DNA of 64,000 nt from Felis catus (lineage: Eukaryota), in contig NC_058368.1 of the NCBI RefSeq assembly GCF_018350175.1, positions 160,210,001 through 160,274,000 of the forward strand, given 5' to 3'. Below are positions 63,010-64,000 of this stretch, in pieces; positions within the stretch are counted from its first letter, which is position 1; every line of letters begins with the position of its first letter. The position numbers were made by a program, and so were the translations under genes. The notes beneath the pieces are model-generated. The model made no database searches. It worked only from the letters and a program-made list of their open reading frames with translations, and was not told the origin of the DNA.

Positions 63010-64000
63010 ACAGACTTCAAACTGTATACAAAGTTGTAATCATCAAGACAGTATGGTACTAGTACAAAAACAGACACTCAGATCAATGGAACAGAATAGA
63101 GAACCCAGAAATGGACCCACAAACATATGGCCAACTAATCTTTGACAAAGCAGGAAAGAATATCCAATAGAATACAGACAGTCTTTTCAGCAAATGGTGC
63201 TGGGAAAACTGGACAGCGACATGCAGAAAAATGAACCTGGACCACTTTCTTACATCATACACAGAAATAGACTCAAAATGGATGAAAGACCTAAATGTAA
63301 GACAGGAAGCCATCAAAATTCTAGAGGAGAAAGCAGGCAAAAATCTCTTTGACCTTGGCCGCAGCAACTTTTTACTCAACATGTTTCCAGAGGCAAGGGA
63401 AGCAAAGCAAAAATTAACTATTGGGATCTCATCAAAATAAAGGGCTTCTGCACAGCGAAGGAAGCAATCAGCAAAACTAAAAGGTAACTGATGGAATAGG
63501 ATAAAATATTTGCAAATGACATATCAAATAAAGGGTTAGTATCCAAAATGTATAAAGAACTTATCAAACTCAACACCCAAAACACAAATAATCCAGTGAA
63601 GAAATGGGCAAAAGACATAAATAGACACTTGTCCAAAGAAGACATCCAGATGGCCAAACGACACATGAAAAAATGCTCCACATCACTCATCATCAGGGAA
63701 ATACAAATCAAAACCACAATGAGATCCCACCTCACACCTGTCAGAATGGCTAACATTAACAACTTGGGCAACAACAGATGTTGGTGAGGATGTGGAGATA
63801 GAGGATCTCTTTTGCATTGTTGGTGGGAGTGCAAACTGGTGCAGCCACTCTGGAAAACAGTGTGGAGGATCCTCAGAAAACTAAAAATAGAACTACCCTA
63901 CGACCCAGAAATTGCACTACAGGTATGTATCCAAGGGATATAGCTGTGCTGTTTCAAAGGGACACATGCACCCCAATGTTTATAGCGGCACTATCAACAA
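63010..64000 (+). mobile_element. 5'-truncated carnivore L1 (decayed ORF2 3' part), running off the window
   Basis: cagacttcaaactgtatacaaagttgtaatcatcaagacagtatgg...; closely resembles the L1 at 8917. Confidence 0.95.

Overview
Mammalian non-coding DNA, most likely felid. This rests on tRNA-derived Can-SINEs of the feline type and a carnivore/felid LINE-1. The window is AT-rich intronic or intergenic sequence dominated by transposable elements. It holds about 20 Can-SINEs, most with readable target-site duplications (TSDs), and one full-length but inactivated LINE-1 (~19.46-25.63 kb) with decayed ORF1/ORF2 and a SINE in its 3'UTR. There are also three other young + strand L1 insertions, one 5'-inverted and two with candidate short 3' transductions. 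Older L1M, L2, MIR, MaLR/ERVL LTR and hAT MITE relics and several microsatellites fill the rest. I found no recognisable host protein-coding exon or RNA gene. Nearly all predicted ORFs are L1 fragments or read-throughs of SINEs and simple repeats. I cannot support a novel biological system here. The most interesting signals are mechanistic footprints of retrotransposition and repair, a near-abutting inverted SINE pair, a palindromic mini-array and one candidate recursive-type splice site. Subfamily names come from recalled consensus motifs and need RepeatMasker/Dfam confirmation.
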